Assembly: GCA_041689405.1 (NCBI GenBank)
Contig: JBDNGG010000143.1
Coordinates: forward strand, 1-43,189
Length of the DNA stretch: 43,189 bases
Direction: 5' to 3'
Origin: Terrimicrobiaceae bacterium
Lineage (GTDB): Bacteria > Verrucomicrobiota > Verrucomicrobiia > Chthoniobacterales > JAATET01
Shown: positions 29,372-38,716 of the stretch, piece by piece
How positions within the stretch are numbered: the first letter of the stretch is position 1
How the letters are laid out: every line of letters begins with the position of its first letter
The notes under the pieces: model-generated
Database searches by the model: none
The model's input: the letters and a program-made list of their open reading frames with translations, nothing else
Told to the model about the DNA's origin: nothing
Program-made: the position numbers and the translations under genes

Positions 29372-29403
29372 ATGGGAGTTATGGGAAGCATGGGAGTTAT
29401 GGA
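29372..29403. repeat. Tandem 9-mer array (ATGGGAGTT/ATGGGAAGC) at the 3' end of the four-helix-bundle gene
   Basis: ATGGGAGTT ATGGGAAGC ATGGGAGTT ATGGA; contains the ORF stop codon. Confidence 0.85.
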
Positions 29404-30038
29404 GAGGGTGGCTTTTGGCGGCGGTGTTGGAGGCGAGCTTGGAACATGCGCTCGCGGAGGCCGCCCTGTTTGAGAAAGTCCTGTTCTAAATGGCGGAGTT
29501 GCTGGTCGAGGAGGTAATTAGTCTGGTGGATCAGGCAGATGGCGATGTTTGCGATCACCTCTGGCGGGCGGGTCTCGACGAATTCGCGGTAGAGATCGAA
29601 GGTCTGCGGCGTCTTTCGTCCGAACCGGCGCACGAATTGTGCCTCCTTGGAGTCCTTGTCCCAAATCGCGTGCTCGCGCACGCGAAGGTAATCGCGGTAA
29701 TCGGCCAGAAGTTCTTCGAGGCTGGCCCGGCCGACACTCGTAAGCTTAATCTCCGTCTCCTTGGAAGTGAGCGCGGCCTTGCTGCCTTCGAGGATGTTCT
29801 GTTTCCCGGAGCGCGCCGACTGAATCATCTGGTCTACCGTGCGGTCGCCTCTGGCGAGATACTTGTGCGCGAAGCGGAAGGTGAGGTCATAAACGACCTC
29901 AGCTTTCTGGTAGGAGAGCAGTGTCTGGTAATCGCCACGCGGCGGGATGATCGGCCGGTGCGGCGGGCCCTCATGGGAGTTATGGGAAGTATGTGTCCCA
30001 TCGCGCCCATGCTTCCTATTCTTCCCATCGTCTTTCAT
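29397..30038 (-). CDS. Four helix bundle suffix domain-containing protein (23S rRNA IVS-protein superfamily)
   Basis: Y..L.SYQKA..VYDLT, RTVDQMIQSARSGKQNI.EGS, RASLEELL.DY.DYL, AN...CLIHQTNYLLDQQLR.LE..F...GG.RERM. Confidence 0.9.
   Translation of the reverse strand: MKDDGKNRKHGRDGTHTSHNSHEGPPHRPIIPPRGDYQTLLSYQKAEVVYDLTFRFAHKYLARGDRTVDQMIQSARSGKQNILEGSKAALTSKETEIKLTSVGRASLEELLADYRDYLRVREHAIWDKDSKEAQFVRRFGRKTPQTFDLYREFVETRPPEVIANIAICLIHQTNYLLDQQLRHLEQDFLKQGGLRERMFQARLQHRRQKPPSP
29973..30031. repeat. Inverted 9-mer arrays (ATGGG.. x2 facing ..CCCAT x4) in the 5' part of the four-helix-bundle ORF
   Basis: ATGGGAGTT ATGGGAAGT ATGTG TCCCATCGC GCCCATGCT TCCTATTCT TCCCATCGT. Confidence 0.85.
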
Positions 30039-30229
30039 AGCAGCGCATTGATGTGAGCCGAGACTTCCGCGTTCTCGACGTCCAGCGCTGCGATCTTCTC
30101 CATGATGGGCTGCGGGCTGCGGTGCGTGACTTCCTCGCCTCCGACGAGGTTCTTGACCGACAAGTCGTAGGCCCAGGTCTCCCAGCGATTAGGCTCGTAG
30201 TCGATGTTTCTGAAGGCTTGTCCAAGCAT
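30035..30229 (-). pseudogene. hsdM: C-terminal remnant of type I R-M methylase HsdM
   Basis: YDLSVKN..GGEEVTHRSPQ.IM..IAALD.E.AEV...I.ALL resembles a common HsdM tail (recognisable to ~30170); ATGA overlap with the next gene. Confidence 0.7.
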
Positions 30230-30304
30230 AGTAAATCAGCGCAGGAGGAAGCTGATAGCCATTTTCCATGCTCCGGGCGAGTCAAACCATCCTGATAGTG
30301 ATAT

Positions 30305-30380
30305 TGGTGGAGGTATGGGGAGTCGAACCCCAGACCTTCTCATTGCGAACGAGACGCTCTACCAACTGAGCTATACCCCC
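30305..30380 (-). tRNA. tRNA-Ala (anticodon CGC)
   Basis: 76 nt cloverleaf GGGGGTA..TAGCTCAGTTGGTAGAGC..TCTCG-TTCGCAA-TGAGA..GTTCGAC..TACCTCCACCA; G3:U70 pair; encoded CCA. Confidence 0.98.
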
Positions 30381-30586
30381 ACGAGCCGCGGCGCACCGGG
30401 TGCGGAACGCGATCCCAAGATTCACGAAGTTGTACGATCCCGCAAGGGTCTTTTGTTCGCAATCCAGGCGCAACGTGCGCTGGATTTTTTTATTTTGCTG
30501 CCAGCCATGGGTTGCAATGGAGCGGCGGGAGACGTATAAAAACAACGTCTGCGATCTGGATTGCGCGGCGTGCACCTACCTTATTG

Positions 30587-31363
30587 ATGTCTGTGAAATT
30601 TTCCGCAATGTCCTTTAATATGCAGTTTGGCCAGCGGTGGGATCCTGTTGACCCTGCAAAAGCGCCGATCCAGCTTGAAGCGACTATCGAATTGCTCAAA
30701 GAACACCCTCATGACGTGATTCTGCTGCAGGAAGTGGAGCAAGCCCGCGTCGGCGGTGAGCAGTTGGAGCCGCCCCCGAATTTCTCGCGGATTCAGGCGG
30801 CATTCCCGGATTACGACGGCGTGTTTGCGTACCCCCGGATCAACCCGGACGAACTGCCTTTTGGGATTGCTCTGGCCATTTTATCGCGCACCCCGATCAA
30901 TGATTTCGTGTCGTGCGCACTGCCTCCCGCCAATGTGCAATTTAAATTTGAAGGTCAGCCCAAGATGCCGTCCCACCGGCAGTTCCTCCGTGCGACGACC
31001 GTGATCAATGGTCATGCGCTGCAGCTGTTCAATACGCATCTTCAGGCGTTTTTTATGATCAACGCGACGAGCAATGAGCACCGGGAGCAGCGGGACATTG
31101 TCGAGCAGGCGATCCGGCGTGCGACCGGGGCAGCGCTGCTCGGCGGAGATTTTAATTGCGCTCCGGATGAAAAGGTCGTTGAGCAGTTTGCCGATGCGGG
31201 ATTTCGCACCGCCCAGACCGGGGTGATCACTTGGCGCCATCGCCCATACGTCACGGATCACTTGTTTTTTAATGACCGTCTGCGGTTGGTTGAGTCGAGT
31301 GTAATTGATACCGATTGCTCAGATCATCGGCCGGTCTCCGCGGTGTTCGAACTAGGAGGCTGA
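30587..31363 (+). CDS. Endonuclease/exonuclease/phosphatase family protein
   Basis: MSFNM, DVILLQEV, NTHL, GGDFN, DHLF, SDHRPV; start placed at ATG 30587. Confidence 0.88.
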   Translation: MSVKFSAMSFNMQFGQRWDPVDPAKAPIQLEATIELLKEHPHDVILLQEVEQARVGGEQLEPPPNFSRIQAAFPDYDGVFAYPRINPDELPFGIALAILSRTPINDFVSCALPPANVQFKFEGQPKMPSHRQFLRATTVINGHALQLFNTHLQAFFMINATSNEHREQRDIVEQAIRRATGAALLGGDFNCAPDEKVVEQFADAGFRTAQTGVITWRHRPYVTDHLFFNDRLRLVESSVIDTDCSDHRPVSAVFELGG

Positions 31364-31369
31364 TTTATT

Positions 31370-32131
31370 ATGCGATTGATTTCTTGGAATGTGAACGGCC
31401 TGCGCGCCATCGTGGGGAAAGGGTTTTTGGATTTTATGACTGAGGCGGATGCCGATGTGATTTGCCTCCAGGAAATCAAGGCGAGGGAAGAGCAAGTGGC
31501 TGAAATCCCGTGGCCCGCGGGATACCATCGGTTTTGGAACTCCGCGCAAAAGCCCGGATATTCGGGGACGGCGATCTTTTCCCGAATCGCACCGGTTTCT
31601 GTGCGGAGTGGGATTGGGAGTGAATTACACGACCGCGAAGGCCGAGTGATTACTGCGGAGTTTGAGGCGTTTTTTCTCGTCAATGTTTACGTCCCGAACT
31701 CCCAGCGTGAACTCACGCGGCTCAGCTACCGAACCGAATCCTGGGAGCCTGCTTTTCTGGCATTCCTCAAGGATTTGGAGAAAATGAAACCCGTGATTGT
31801 CTGCGGAGACCTCAACGTGGCGCATCGAGAAATCGACCTCGCCCGGCCAAAAGACAACGGCAAAAATGCCGGCTTCACCCCCGAGGAGCGGTCCTGCTTT
31901 CAGAAGGTGATCGACGCCGGGTTCATTGACACGTTCCGCCTGCGCAACCCCGATGCCGGGGGACACTACACCTGGTGGAGTTACATGAATCAGGCGCGTG
32001 TCCGGAATATCGGATGGCGAATCGACTATTTTTGCATTTCGCCATCGCTTGAACCGATGCTGCATGACGCATTCATCTGGCCACATGTGCAAGGAAGCGA
32101 TCATTGTCCGGTTGGGGTTGACCTTTATTAA
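31370..32131 (+). CDS. xth: Exodeoxyribonuclease III
   Basis: ISWNVNGLRA, CLQEIK, GYSGTA, GDLNVAH, YTWWSY, GWRIDYF, SDHCPV. Confidence 0.96.
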   Translation: MRLISWNVNGLRAIVGKGFLDFMTEADADVICLQEIKAREEQVAEIPWPAGYHRFWNSAQKPGYSGTAIFSRIAPVSVRSGIGSELHDREGRVITAEFEAFFLVNVYVPNSQRELTRLSYRTESWEPAFLAFLKDLEKMKPVIVCGDLNVAHREIDLARPKDNGKNAGFTPEERSCFQKVIDAGFIDTFRLRNPDAGGHYTWWSYMNQARVRNIGWRIDYFCISPSLEPMLHDAFIWPHVQGSDHCPVGVDLY

Positions 32132-32154
32132 ACGTGGTGTAACTTCGCCGCCGT

Positions 32155-32547
32155 ATGCAAATCTCATCCCTTTCCATGATCTTTGGTTTTACCTTGGCCG
32201 TCCTCGGTGTGGCAGGCTTCGTCTCTACCGGGAGTTCTAGTTTTACGTCGCTGATCCCGGCGGTGTTCGGTGTAATACTTTACATCTGCGGTCGCGTGGG
32301 GACGTCCGCCCCGCACCTTCGGAAGCACGCCATGCACGTCGCTGCCGTAGTAAGTCTGGTTGGTATCCTGGGAGTGGTTCCCCGGTTCTTAGGAAAGCTG
32401 CCGGCGTTGTTTTCCGGTCAGCCTGTTGAACCCAGCACGACCGCAGTGGTTCTTCAGCTAATCACGGCAGTGCTCCTCGTTATTTTTCTTCTGCTTTGTA
32501 TCAAGTCGTTCATCGACGCCCGCAAGTCACGGCTCGCATCCAAGTAA
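32155..32547 (+). CDS. Small membrane protein (TMEM14-like)
   Basis: 4 TM segments; TSLIPA, RKHAMH, SFIDARK. Confidence 0.75.
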   Translation: MQISSLSMIFGFTLAVLGVAGFVSTGSSSFTSLIPAVFGVILYICGRVGTSAPHLRKHAMHVAAVVSLVGILGVVPRFLGKLPALFSGQPVEPSTTAVVLQLITAVLLVIFLLLCIKSFIDARKSRLASK

Positions 32548-32568
32548 ATCTCTACCTAATTATATCAT

Positions 32569-33492
32569 ATGAAAATAGCCCATCCATCCCGCCGCTCTAT
32601 CGCTGCAAACGCAGCCTACATCACATTGATCCCGGTGCTCATCATCGTGATGATCGCATTATTTTTAGTCACCAGCAGCTTTGTTGTCGTGGATGCCGGG
32701 AACGTTGGCGTGGTGAAACGCCTGGGAGCCGTGCAACCAGATCCGCTGCCAGAAGGCTTTCATTTCAAGCGTCCGTTCATGGATGTCGTCGAGCAAGTGA
32801 ATATCCGTCTGGTGCCAGTGCAGGTCAAGGCGAGTGCCGCCTCGCGTGATCTTCAAACAGTGACGACCGACGTCACGGTCACGTATTCCGTTAGTGGAGA
32901 GCTTGCGCCGGTGACGTTTCAGCGCATTGGGGATACGAGAAGGGTGGCTGCTGCGGTCGTCGAACCTGCGATTCAGGAATCGGTGAAGGCTGTGACTGCT
33001 CAGTTCACTGCAGAGGAGCTTGTGACGAAGCGCGCTTTGGTGAAACAAAATATCCAGAGTGCTATAATGACGTTCATCACGAACACGCTGAGTGAAAAAG
33101 ACATTGGAGACTCGGTGAATTTAGCAAATGTCGCCATCACCGATTTTGCGTTCAGTGATGAGTTCAATCGTGCCATTGAAGCCAAGGTCAAGGCTGAGCA
33201 GGAGGCGCTCCAGGCAAAAAATGAAAAGATCCGCCGCGTGACGCAGGCAGAAGCATCTGCTGCCGAACGCCAACTCGCCGCCGATGCCGAAGCTTACAGC
33301 ACGGAAGTCCAGTCCAAGGCCCGTGCGGACGCGATTACGCGTGAAGCCGCGGCGCTCACCGATAACCCAGAGCTTATTCAGCTTCGGGCGGTGGAAAAAT
33401 GGGACGGGGTTCTGCCCCGCATGCAGGGTTCGAGTGTGATTCCGTTCCTGAATGTCGGATCGCTGGCTGATCAGCCTGCGACTCAGCCTTAG
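32569..33492 (+). CDS. SPFH/prohibitin family protein
   Basis: N-terminal TM, EGFHFKRPF, SRDLQ, AIEAK..AEQ, EKWDG.LP. Confidence 0.92.
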   Translation: MKIAHPSRRSIAANAAYITLIPVLIIVMIALFLVTSSFVVVDAGNVGVVKRLGAVQPDPLPEGFHFKRPFMDVVEQVNIRLVPVQVKASAASRDLQTVTTDVTVTYSVSGELAPVTFQRIGDTRRVAAAVVEPAIQESVKAVTAQFTAEELVTKRALVKQNIQSAIMTFITNTLSEKDIGDSVNLANVAITDFAFSDEFNRAIEAKVKAEQEALQAKNEKIRRVTQAEASAAERQLAADAEAYSTEVQSKARADAITREAAALTDNPELIQLRAVEKWDGVLPRMQGSSVIPFLNVGSLADQPATQP

Positions 33493-34745
33493 GGCAGACT
33501 TCCAGACGTCGAAGACAGCGGAATCTCCTGTGGCGAAGCGGGGACATCCTCGCCTCGCAACACGAGCACGCGAAGGATCGTTTCCTCAATGAGGTTATTC
33601 GGGCAGGATGCGCCGGCGGTGATTCCAATGGCAGCAGGGCCGATGGGCAACCACTCTCTGGTGGTGACTTCCTCCTTCGAGTGAATGTCAAAATGCTGGA
33701 TGGCGTCCGGTTCGCTCAAGCACTCTGCGTTCCGGATAAAATACGTCGAGACGGCTTTTTCGCCGATCTCTGCAAGGTGAGTGGTATTGGAGCTGTTGTA
33801 GCCGCCTACGACAAGTAGCACGTCGAGACGCGTGCGCAGGAGATCAAATAATGCATCCTGTCGTTCCTGCGTCGCTCCACAAATCGTATCAAAAAACCGG
33901 AAGTTTGCCGTGTCGCCACCATCGCGGTCACTGATCGCGTCCCGGAGGCGCTGCTGAACCTCCTCGGTTTCACTCCGAAGCATGGTTGTCTGGTTGGCCA
34001 CGCCGATCCGGGCAAGGTGTATGTCGGGATCAAATCCCTCAGAATACGCACCGAGGAATTCGTCAAGAAGTATGGCCTTCGAAACCGTGCCACGCAAAAA
34101 TTCGCAGACCCGATCCGCTTCCTTCAGATTCAATACGACGAGGAAGTGCCCGTCGCCTGAGCCGAGTGCATGGGATGCCGTCGCGCGGGTTTCTTCATGA
34201 CCGGATTTGCCATGAATGATTGATGTCACCGCCTCGCGGGAGTTTTGCCGCACGCGTTTCCAAACGCTCATTACATCGCCACACGTCGTGTCCACTATCT
34301 GGCAGCCGATCATCTTGATTCTTGCAACCGTGGTGACCTCGCTGCCGAAAGCAGGCACAATCACGACGTCATTTTCCGTCAATCCGGAGAACTCGTTCTC
34401 GGTCGGTCGCGCCTCCAGCGGCACGATCCCCATTGCTGTGATCTGTGCATTGACGTCCGGGTTGTGGATAATTTCACCGAGAAGAAAAATCCGCTTTTCC
34501 GGAAACACCTTGCGCGCTGCATAGGCGAGATCAATGGCGCGCTCGACGCCGTAACAAAATCCAAATGCCTTTGCCAAATGGATCGTCGTTTGTCCAATCA
34601 CTGCCCGACCTCCCTCGCGGCGGATGCGTTCGACCCACTCGCTGCGGTAGTGGCCTTCAACTTCGGCTTGCACGCGGGCCATCACGTCCGGGGTGCGAAG
34701 ATTCACCCGAGGGCGTGGGACAGGCGTGGTTGCAGGTGCGGTCAT
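33489..34745 (-). CDS. ispH: 4-hydroxy-3-methylbut-2-enyl diphosphate reductase
   Basis: FGFCYGVERA, EIIHNP, DTTC, NQTTM, TICGAT.ERQ, GGYNSSNT, TAGASCP; start placed at ATG 34745. Confidence 0.96.
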   Translation of the reverse strand: MTAPATTPVPRPRVNLRTPDVMARVQAEVEGHYRSEWVERIRREGGRAVIGQTTIHLAKAFGFCYGVERAIDLAYAARKVFPEKRIFLLGEIIHNPDVNAQITAMGIVPLEARPTENEFSGLTENDVVIVPAFGSEVTTVARIKMIGCQIVDTTCGDVMSVWKRVRQNSREAVTSIIHGKSGHEETRATASHALGSGDGHFLVVLNLKEADRVCEFLRGTVSKAILLDEFLGAYSEGFDPDIHLARIGVANQTTMLRSETEEVQQRLRDAISDRDGGDTANFRFFDTICGATQERQDALFDLLRTRLDVLLVVGGYNSSNTTHLAEIGEKAVSTYFIRNAECLSEPDAIQHFDIHSKEEVTTREWLPIGPAAIGITAGASCPNNLIEETILRVLVLRGEDVPASPQEIPLSSTSGSLP

Positions 34746-34878
34746 AGCCCAACAATATACCATCCTTGGAGCATTTGAAGCGTTGAAAATCCGACGATGC
34801 GAATTTTCTTTTGCTGCGAAAGACAATCGGGAGTGGAAATCGAGTGCGCCCGTGTTAGCGTCGGATTTTCCCTTATTC

Positions 34879-35808
34879 ATGGATCCTGACCTGCCGTGGT
34901 TTCAATTTAGTTTTCAGGACTTCAGCTTTGCTTTCCTGAGTATCCTGCTTGAGGGAACGCCGTTTTTATTACTTGGCACATTGATCTCTGGAGTGATCGA
35001 TCAATATCTGCCTGCACGATTGATGACTCGCATTCTGCCGCGGAACCCATATGCCGGCATCCTGGTGAGCGGCACGTTCGGGATTATTTTTCCGATGTGT
35101 GAATGCGGGGTGGTGCCCGTGATTCGTCGGCTGATCGCCAAGGGCCTGCCGCTCTCGCTGGGCGTGACATACATGCTGGCGGCACCCATCGTGAACGTCA
35201 TTGTCGGAGTGAGCACGTTCGCGGCGTTTCGAGGTCAGCTCCCTGCGGAGATGACGAGCCTGCGTCTCGGGCTCGGGTATTTTGTGGCCGTGTTGGCCGG
35301 GATGGCTGTGCACAATTTGCGAATGAACGTCGTCCTGAAACAATCGGTTATCGCTGAAATCGCACGGCCCGGGAGTGGGTCGGAGGTAACCCCGCAAGGT
35401 CATCTTCAGCGGATGGCGAGGGCGCTGGATGTTGCGGTGAGGGATTTCCTGGCGATGATGGTGTTTTTTGTTCTCGGTGTCGCCGCAGCTTCTATTTTCA
35501 GCACGGCTGTAAATCAGGAGATCATCCTGCCGTTGGCGATTGATACGACTTTGGCGACCGTCTCGCTGATGGGCTTGGCTGCGATTTTATCGTTGTGCAG
35601 CACTTCCGATGCTTTTATTGCGGCGACATTTGTTTCCTTTCCGGCGGTGGCGAAACTCGCGTTTATGGTCTTCGGGCCGATGATGGATCTGAAGTTGATC
35701 TTTATTTATTCGGCGGTTTTTCGGAAGCGCTTCGTTTTTGGTTTGGCGGTGGGGCTTTTTGTGTTGATTGCGTTGATCTGCACGCGACTGTCTATTTTGA
35801 GATTATGA
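34879..35808 (+). CDS. DUF318-family permease
   Basis: EGTPF, FPMCECGVVP, LSLCSTSDAFIA, FGPMMDLK; start placed at ATG 34879. Confidence 0.9.
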   Translation: MDPDLPWFQFSFQDFSFAFLSILLEGTPFLLLGTLISGVIDQYLPARLMTRILPRNPYAGILVSGTFGIIFPMCECGVVPVIRRLIAKGLPLSLGVTYMLAAPIVNVIVGVSTFAAFRGQLPAEMTSLRLGLGYFVAVLAGMAVHNLRMNVVLKQSVIAEIARPGSGSEVTPQGHLQRMARALDVAVRDFLAMMVFFVLGVAAASIFSTAVNQEIILPLAIDTTLATVSLMGLAAILSLCSTSDAFIAATFVSFPAVAKLAFMVFGPMMDLKLIFIYSAVFRKRFVFGLAVGLFVLIALICTRLSILRL

Positions 35809-36611
35809 GCGAGGTCATCCAGCGGTTTTCAAGGGCGGGCATCCTGATGCTTTGGGGGTCCGTGATGTGCTATTTCTACTTCAGCGGGCGGATTGTATCG
35901 TATCTACACCCGGGTTTTCATTGGCTAACCATTTCGGCGGGAGTCGTATTGGTCTTGATGGCATTTTTGTTGTTGTTCCTGCCATTTAACGGCGAGGTGA
36001 TGGCATGTCTCCCCGCCACGCGGGTTCCCGCGGTGCTCCGATGGACGGGAGGTTTTCTTCTGGTGGTGCCGCTGTTAGTCACGGTGGGCTCATCACGCAG
36101 TGAGTTTGGTGCAACCACGGTGATGAACAGGGGCTTTCTCACGAGTGTCTCGCACCTGCCCTATATCGTTAATATGCCGGATGAGCCGCTGCCGGGTCAG
36201 GCGTTTGGCGATGGCGGTGGCAACGTTATGGATTACCTGACGCGGAATGAGGCGGGCCAGATTATGACGGAGGCGATCGATTTGTTATATGCAGCCGAGG
36301 AACCGACAATGCGTCAGGATTTTGAGGGGCAGGAGGTCGAGTTGGTGGGGCAATTCATGCCTGCGAAGTCCAATAATGCCGCAGGAAATCGATTTAATTT
36401 GATCCGGTTATTTATGCTGTGCTGTGCGGCCGACGCCCAACCGCTTGCTGTGTTAGTGCAACCCGAGGCATTAGAAAAATTCCCTGACATGACGTGGGTG
36501 AAGGTATCCGGGCGGGCGGTGTTTCCGATGGAAGGTGGGAGTCGTATTGCTTTGGTAGAAAATGCTCATGTTGAACAAACGCCCAAGCCTGCTGAAGTAT
36601 TTGTGTATTAG
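35805..36611 (+). CDS. TIGR03943/DUF1980-family permease partner
   Basis: YLHP, RLFMLCCAADA; ATGA overlap with the permease stop. Confidence 0.85.
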   Translation: MSEVIQRFSRAGILMLWGSVMCYFYFSGRIVSYLHPGFHWLTISAGVVLVLMAFLLLFLPFNGEVMACLPATRVPAVLRWTGGFLLVVPLLVTVGSSRSEFGATTVMNRGFLTSVSHLPYIVNMPDEPLPGQAFGDGGGNVMDYLTRNEAGQIMTEAIDLLYAAEEPTMRQDFEGQEVELVGQFMPAKSNNAAGNRFNLIRLFMLCCAADAQPLAVLVQPEALEKFPDMTWVKVSGRAVFPMEGGSRIALVENAHVEQTPKPAEVFVY

Positions 36612-37713
36612 CGTCGGGATGACCGGCGCTATGCTTCTGCAGGCAGAGTTGCCTCGCGAACCTGCGGGTGATAGCTGGCGGGTGTCGCTCCCGGGATGGA
36701 ACTATGTTTTCCCGCGAGATCATGGGAGTCATCCGGATTTCAAGACGGAGTGGTGGTATTTTACCGGGAATCTGAAATCTGACTCGGGGCGCGAATTCGG
36801 CTACCAGTTGACGTTTTTCAGGCAGGGCGTGCGCCCGCCATCCGAGCGACCGGTCGCGGCCTCGCGATTTGTAGTAGACCATGTCCAGTTTGTGCATTTT
36901 GCGATCTCCGATATTTCGAGAGGGCGTTTCTTTTTTGATCAGGACCTCACTCGTGGCGCGTTCGGTGAGGCAGGCTTTAGTGATGGCGAGCGGCTCGCAT
37001 GGATCGGTCGCTGCTCATTGGTGCTATTGCCTGGCGGGGGATTCAGGATCGTCGGAGTATCGTCCGAGTTGTCGCTGGACTTGGAGTTGCATTCCGCGAA
37101 ACCGGTTGTTTTTCATGGTGCGGAGGGCGTGAGTCAGAAGGCGGCAGGTCCGGGTAGGGCATCGCACTATTATTCGTTCACGCGGCTCCTCTCGAAGGGA
37201 TCACTTTCCGTGGAAGGTGAGAAGTTTACTGTCACTGGGACCAGTTGGTACGACCATGAATGGGCAACCAACCAACTCACTGCGGATCAAGTCGGGTGGG
37301 ATTGGTTCAGCCTGCAATTTGATGATGGCAGTGAGCTCATGTTGTTTCAAATTCGAACCAACGACGGAGGCCGGGATTCGTTTTCGGGCGGAACGTATGT
37401 GCGTGCAGATGGATCGTCCGTTGCCGTGCGCAATGAGGAGTTTGTGCTCACCCCGGGACGCACGTGGCGGAGCAAATCGACGAAGGCGACCTACCCTGTC
37501 GAGTGGAATCTGAAAATCGTGAAACTCGATTTGAATATCGATATCGCTGCGCGCTTGGACACCCAGGAACTTGTGCTTGCTCCCATTTCTTATTGGGAGG
37601 GCTCTATCCGCGCGGTGGGAAAACATTCGGGGAAACCCGTAAGCGGCTTGGGGTATCTGGAGATGACAGGCTATGCAGGCCCGATTGTCGGGATGCAAGC
37701 TGCCGTGGAATAA
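36562..37713 (+). CDS. Lipocalin-like/AttH (CrtC-like) protein
   Basis: FPRDHGSH...EWWYFTGNL, YYSF.RL, W.DHEW, GWDWFSLQ, YWEG, GYLEMTGY; start uncertain. Confidence 0.88.
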   Translation: MLMLNKRPSLLKYLCISVGMTGAMLLQAELPREPAGDSWRVSLPGWNYVFPRDHGSHPDFKTEWWYFTGNLKSDSGREFGYQLTFFRQGVRPPSERPVAASRFVVDHVQFVHFAISDISRGRFFFDQDLTRGAFGEAGFSDGERLAWIGRCSLVLLPGGGFRIVGVSSELSLDLELHSAKPVVFHGAEGVSQKAAGPGRASHYYSFTRLLSKGSLSVEGEKFTVTGTSWYDHEWATNQLTADQVGWDWFSLQFDDGSELMLFQIRTNDGGRDSFSGGTYVRADGSSVAVRNEEFVLTPGRTWRSKSTKATYPVEWNLKIVKLDLNIDIAARLDTQELVLAPISYWEGSIRAVGKHSGKPVSGLGYLEMTGYAGPIVGMQAAVE

Positions 37714-37729
37714 GTGCGCCTTCGGAAGG

Positions 37730-38716
37730 TCAATCGCTTTGTGGGCAGATGATGACTTTTCCCGATCGACCAGATCGAGCCGCTTCGGCGATGGCGTCAT
37801 TTACCCGCGCTAGGGGGAAAGTCGAACCGACCGGCATGGTCAGGCGGCCAGCCTGCATCCAATCGGCGAGTAGCAGCAGGACGCGGTCGCGCTCCGTCGG
37901 ATGCGTTTCGCTCAGCCAACTTCGGAGCCAGAACCCCCGGAAGTTCAGCCCGCGAAAGATAAGCATTCCGTTGGGGATTTTCAGCGGCTGTCGTCCCATG
38001 GCACCATACGTCACGATGTCTCCACCGTCTGCGACGGCATTGGCAATCGTCAGCGCTGCCGCGCCTCCTACCGCGTTGAGCCCGAGGGCGGGACGACTTG
38101 ATAATGGCAGCGCCGCTTTAATAAATTGTTCGGGATCAGCGTGAACGATATCCGCGCCGAGCCCTATTAGTTCAGTGCGCAATTCTTCCCGACGAACGAG
38201 GTTCAACGTGTGCAATCCCAACTCCCGCGCGATCTGGATGACGCATCGCCCGACAGCAGAGTTACTGGCGTTTTGTGCGATCCAAGCACCTGTTTCCGGA
38301 GTGCCGCGCAAATGAATCATTGCCCACGCGCTCAGCGGATTAATGACAAGCATGCACGCTTGTAGAGGGTCAATTTCTGACGGGAGCACGATCACGTTGC
38401 TAGCCGCCGTCACGCGCGATTGACACCAATTGCCGGGCTCCATCACCGCGACCAAATCTCCCACGCGGATAGTGGATACTTGGTCACCCACCTGCTCTAC
38501 GCGGCCGCACGATTCGTTTCCCAATATGGCGGGGAGCGATGGAAGTTTCCCGTATTTTCCCTCGATCACATTCAGATCCGCCGGATGCACTGGCGAAGCG
38601 AGGATCGAGACGAGCACCTCCGTGGGGCCGGGTTCAACGACGTTCACGGTTTCAATGCACATCGTTTCTGATCCCGATCCGAAATCGTGGAGACGGGCTG
38701 CTTTTGTTGGAGTCAT
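37730..38716 (-). CDS. 2-enoyl thioester reductase (MDR family, MECR-like)
   Basis: SPVHPADLN.IEG.Y, INPLSA, QNASNSAVG, VTYGAM, GFW. Confidence 0.88.
   Translation of the reverse strand: MTPTKAARLHDFGSGSETMCIETVNVVEPGPTEVLVSILASPVHPADLNVIEGKYGKLPSLPAILGNESCGRVEQVGDQVSTIRVGDLVAVMEPGNWCQSRVTAASNVIVLPSEIDPLQACMLVINPLSAWAMIHLRGTPETGAWIAQNASNSAVGRCVIQIARELGLHTLNLVRREELRTELIGLGADIVHADPEQFIKAALPLSSRPALGLNAVGGAAALTIANAVADGGDIVTYGAMGRQPLKIPNGMLIFRGLNFRGFWLRSWLSETHPTERDRVLLLLADWMQAGRLTMPVGSTFPLARVNDAIAEAARSGRSGKVIICPQSD

Noticed and set aside
29372-30031. CRISPR array or diversity-generating retroelement
   Set aside because: Units are 9 nt with no spacers; no cas or reverse transcriptase gene; no TR/VR pair with adenine-specific mismatches was seen.
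29290-30038. Deletion between the 17-bp direct repeats restoring an in-frame hsdS
   Set aside because: The repeats are 601 bp apart, so the join is out of frame with the HsdS-like peptide.
30587-32131. Two tandem EEP-fold nucleases as a defence system
   Set aside because: One is ordinary xth, and the context is housekeeping.
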